Notes under the pieces: model-generated
Database searches by the model: none
What the model saw: only the letters and a program-made list of their open reading frames with translations
Told to the model about the DNA's origin: nothing
Made by a program: the position numbers and the translations under genes
NCBI RefSeq assembly: GCF_036321535.1
Contig: NC_087436.1
Location: 59,150,001-59,214,000, forward strand
DNA length: 64,000 bases
Origin: Camelus dromedarius
Taxonomy: Eukaryota
Direction: 5' to 3'
Part shown: positions 61,016 through 64,000 of the stretch, in pieces
How the letters are laid out: every line of letters starts with the position of its first letter
Position numbering within the stretch: the first letter of the stretch is position 1

Positions 61016-64000
61016 CTATCCAAACAGCAAGCAAAAGAAAGCCGAAATGGCTATATAAATATCAGCTCAAATAGACTTTAAAACAAAAATTGTTATTAGA
61101 TATGAAGGAGAGCATTTTAAAAGGTAAAAGTGTAGATCCATCAAGAAAACATTATATATGCATCTCACAATAGAGTCCCATCAAGCAAAAACCAACAGAA
61201 TTGAGGGGAAAACTAACAATTTAACAGTAACAGTTGTTGACTTCACTTTAAATAATGAATAGAACAACCAAGTAGAAAGTGAACAAGGATATGGAAGAAG
61301 TGAACAACACTACATATGAATAAGACTTAACAGACAATTACAGAACACTTCACCACCAACAGCAGAATACACAGATTTCTTAAGTGCACAAAGTCTTCTC
61401 TGGACCTTGTGTTAGGCCATAAAATATGCCTCAATAAATTTATAATTATTGAAATCATACAAAATATGTTCTTCAACCAGAACAGAATTAAAAATCAGTA
61501 ACAAGAGGAAATTTGGGAAATTTACAAATATGTGGAAATTAAACAATACATTACAAAATAACCAGTGAGTCAGGAGGAAATCACATGGGAAATTAGAAAA
61601 CCGTGTGAGATAAATATAAATGAAAACACACACACCAAAATTTATGGGATACAGCTAAAACAGTGCTTACAAAGAAACTTGTAGCTATAACTGCCATACT
61701 GAAAAAGGGAAAAATGTCACAGAGCAATGCTTAACCATTCACCTTAAGAAGCTAAAAAAAGAAGATACAACTAAACTCAAGGTCAGCAAAAGGAAGGAAA
61801 TAACAAAAGATTAGAATGGAAATAAATAAAAGAGAAAATAGAAAAGCAAAAGTAAAAAACAAATCTGAAAGTTGGTTTTTCAAAAAGATTAACAAAATTG
61901 TTGAAACTTTAGCTAGACTGACCACAGAAAAAAATTCTCAAATTATAAAATTACATATTAAAAAAGTACATCAGCACAAATCTTACAGAAATAAAAAAAA
62001 TTATAGAATACTATGAACAGCTGTATGACAAAATTTATATAATCTAGATGGACAAATTCCTCAAAAGACACAAACTACCAAAACTGACTGAAGAAACTAA
62101 AAATCTGAATAGATTAAACAAGTTAAAAAAAAAAAACCCTCCATCAAAACCCCGAGATGGTTTCACTGGTGAATTCTATCAAGTATTCTAAGAAGAATAA
62201 ATACTAATTTTTCACAAACTCTTCCATAAAATAGAACAGGAGTGAATACTTCTACAGAAATTCTATAAGGCCAATGTTACCCTGATAACAAAACTAGAAA
62301 AAGACTTTGAAGAAAACTAGTCTAACAGCCTTTATGAACACAGATGCTAAAAGTGTAAAGTACTAACAAATCAAATCTAGCAACATATAAAAACAACTAT
62401 ACATCATGACCAAGTATGATTTATCCCAGAATGTAAAAGTGCTCTAACAAACAAAATTCAATTAATGTAATATACCATATTAATAAAGGAGAAAACCCAT
62501 ACGATCATCTGAATAGATGCAGAAAAACTATTTAATTTTGATAACTTTTCATGATAGAAGCACTCAAGGCAGTATAAATAGAAGGAAACTTCCTCAACTT
62601 TCATAGATAAAGGGCATGTATGAATACCCCAGCTAAACAGCATACTTAATGGTGGAAGAATGAATGCTACCACCTAAGATCAGGAAGAAAACTAGGATGT
62701 CTATTTTCACTACTTCTATTCATTACTATACTGGAGTTTCTAGACAGGGAAATTGGACAAGAAAGAAAAGTAAGTTTCCAGACTGTTAAAAAAAACTAAA
62801 AAATTTTAAAAAAAAAGACTATCTCTATTGACAGATAACATAGTCTTACACATAGAAAATCCTAAGAAATTAGCTGAAGGATTATTAGAACTAAATAAAC
62901 CAGTTTAGATATGTTGCAGGATACAAGATCAATACACAAACAATAAATTGTATTTCTGAATGCTAGCAATGAACAATCTAAAAATAAAATTAAGAGAACA
63001 ATTTAAAGATTCAGTATAATCCCTATAAATATTCAAATTGCCTTGTTTGTTTACAGAAATTGTCAAATTGTTATTAAGAATGACACTGAAAGGCAAAGGA
63101 CTCAATAGCCAAAATAACCCTGGGAGAGTAGTGAATGGGGAGTGCCTGCTAATGGGACAAGAAGTAGGGCACTGAAAACATTCCAAATTTGGCAGCTATG
63201 ATGGCTGCTCAACTCTATGAATATACTGAAAACCATTAAACTGTGTATTTTAAAAAGGTGAAGTTTATGGTATGGGAATTAGATCTCAATAAAGGATATA
63301 AAAAATGTTACAAAAAGGGATACTGGTTTTCCTTCTGTTTAAAATCAGTAAGTATAATAACCATTTATTTAAGAATATAATGATTAAGAGGAATTAGGAA
63401 TACATCAAGGGAACAAAGAAAATAAATACTAAAAATCAGATGGGCCTGTTAATAATTTATTCATTTAGCTCATTACTCTGGTCACCTGGCTTCTTGTCAC
63501 CATGATACTTCTGACTGTTAAACAGTTCTGAAATATATTCATACTTAGTCACATTTTAATTTATATATGTTTGCTAAATAGTTACATGCAGGTAATAGTC
63601 AGGGAACATAAACATTGATATTGAAATAAAAATTGGTGAGTAAAATAAAAATATGATAATAGCTTTGCAATTTTTCCTTAAAGATGATTTTAATGGTGTG
63701 AATAAGACAAAATTATTATCCAGTATTATTTAATAAAACCAGATGGGGTTAAGTGATGGTATTATGAAACCTCTATAAAATTGTTCATCTACAAATGCTT
63801 TTTTGTTCTTTGTGAATTAAAAGCCAGTATTACTATTAAGGTAGAAACATCATTAGTGGCTAATGTAAGACTTCTTATCTGGGGTAAGACCTATAGCTCC
63901 TATTATGCTTTTATTCCATTGTCAATTTAGGAAATTTCAGATTTTTTTTTTTTTGGAAAACAGTCTATAGGTAGAAGAAGATAAAAATAGGAGAAACAAT

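Larger units (their letters stand above)
59740..63296 (+). mobile_element. Old L1MB-type LINE-1 (ORF1 end, inter-ORF, decayed ORF2, internal deletion, 3'UTR), interrupted by an MLT2 LTR
   Basis: ctagacctgccttacaagaag (ORF1 end); KSESWFFKKINKI fragment; jump from ORF2 to an L1MB-like 3'UTR at ~63120; ends gatctcaataaag. Confidence 0.85.
1856..64000 (-). other. CCSER1: Last intron of CCSER1 (partial)
   Basis: No further CCSER1-like exon recognised; repeat-rich. CCSER1 is known to have very long introns. Confidence 0.8.

Noticed and set aside
1..64000. CRISPR arrays, operons, tRNA/rRNA genes, processed pseudogenes or intact retroviral ORFs
   Set aside because: None recognised; this is mammalian intronic DNA. 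Small ncRNAs could be missed without covariance-model searches.

Overview
AT-rich mammalian genomic DNA, probably a cetartiodactyl (camelid-like, inferred only from repeat content). The only supported gene is CCSER1 (FAM190A) on the minus strand: the terminal coding exon (1855->1370, phase 0, 161 codons plus stop), its 3'UTR toward position 1, and about 62 kb of the last intron. The intron is a mosaic of degenerate L1s, L2/MIR relics, ERVL-type LTRs and DNA transposon fossils (full-length Tigger1, a Tigger2-type element, MER20, MER5). The remaining ORF-track entries are either decayed L1/Tigger fragments or look like chance ORFs. I see no novel multi-gene system. The most interesting unexplained structures are a ~250-bp, ~95%-identical inverted duplication of old L2-derived DNA (16588-16836 / 18024-18283), an adjacent CpG-retaining island with exon-like signals, a ~70-nt stem-loop in the 3'UTR, several perfect micro-palindromes resembling template-switch scars, and a TAG|GTAAGT recursive-splice/poison-exon candidate. 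Repeat subfamily names come from recalled consensus sequences, and most repeat boundaries are approximate.
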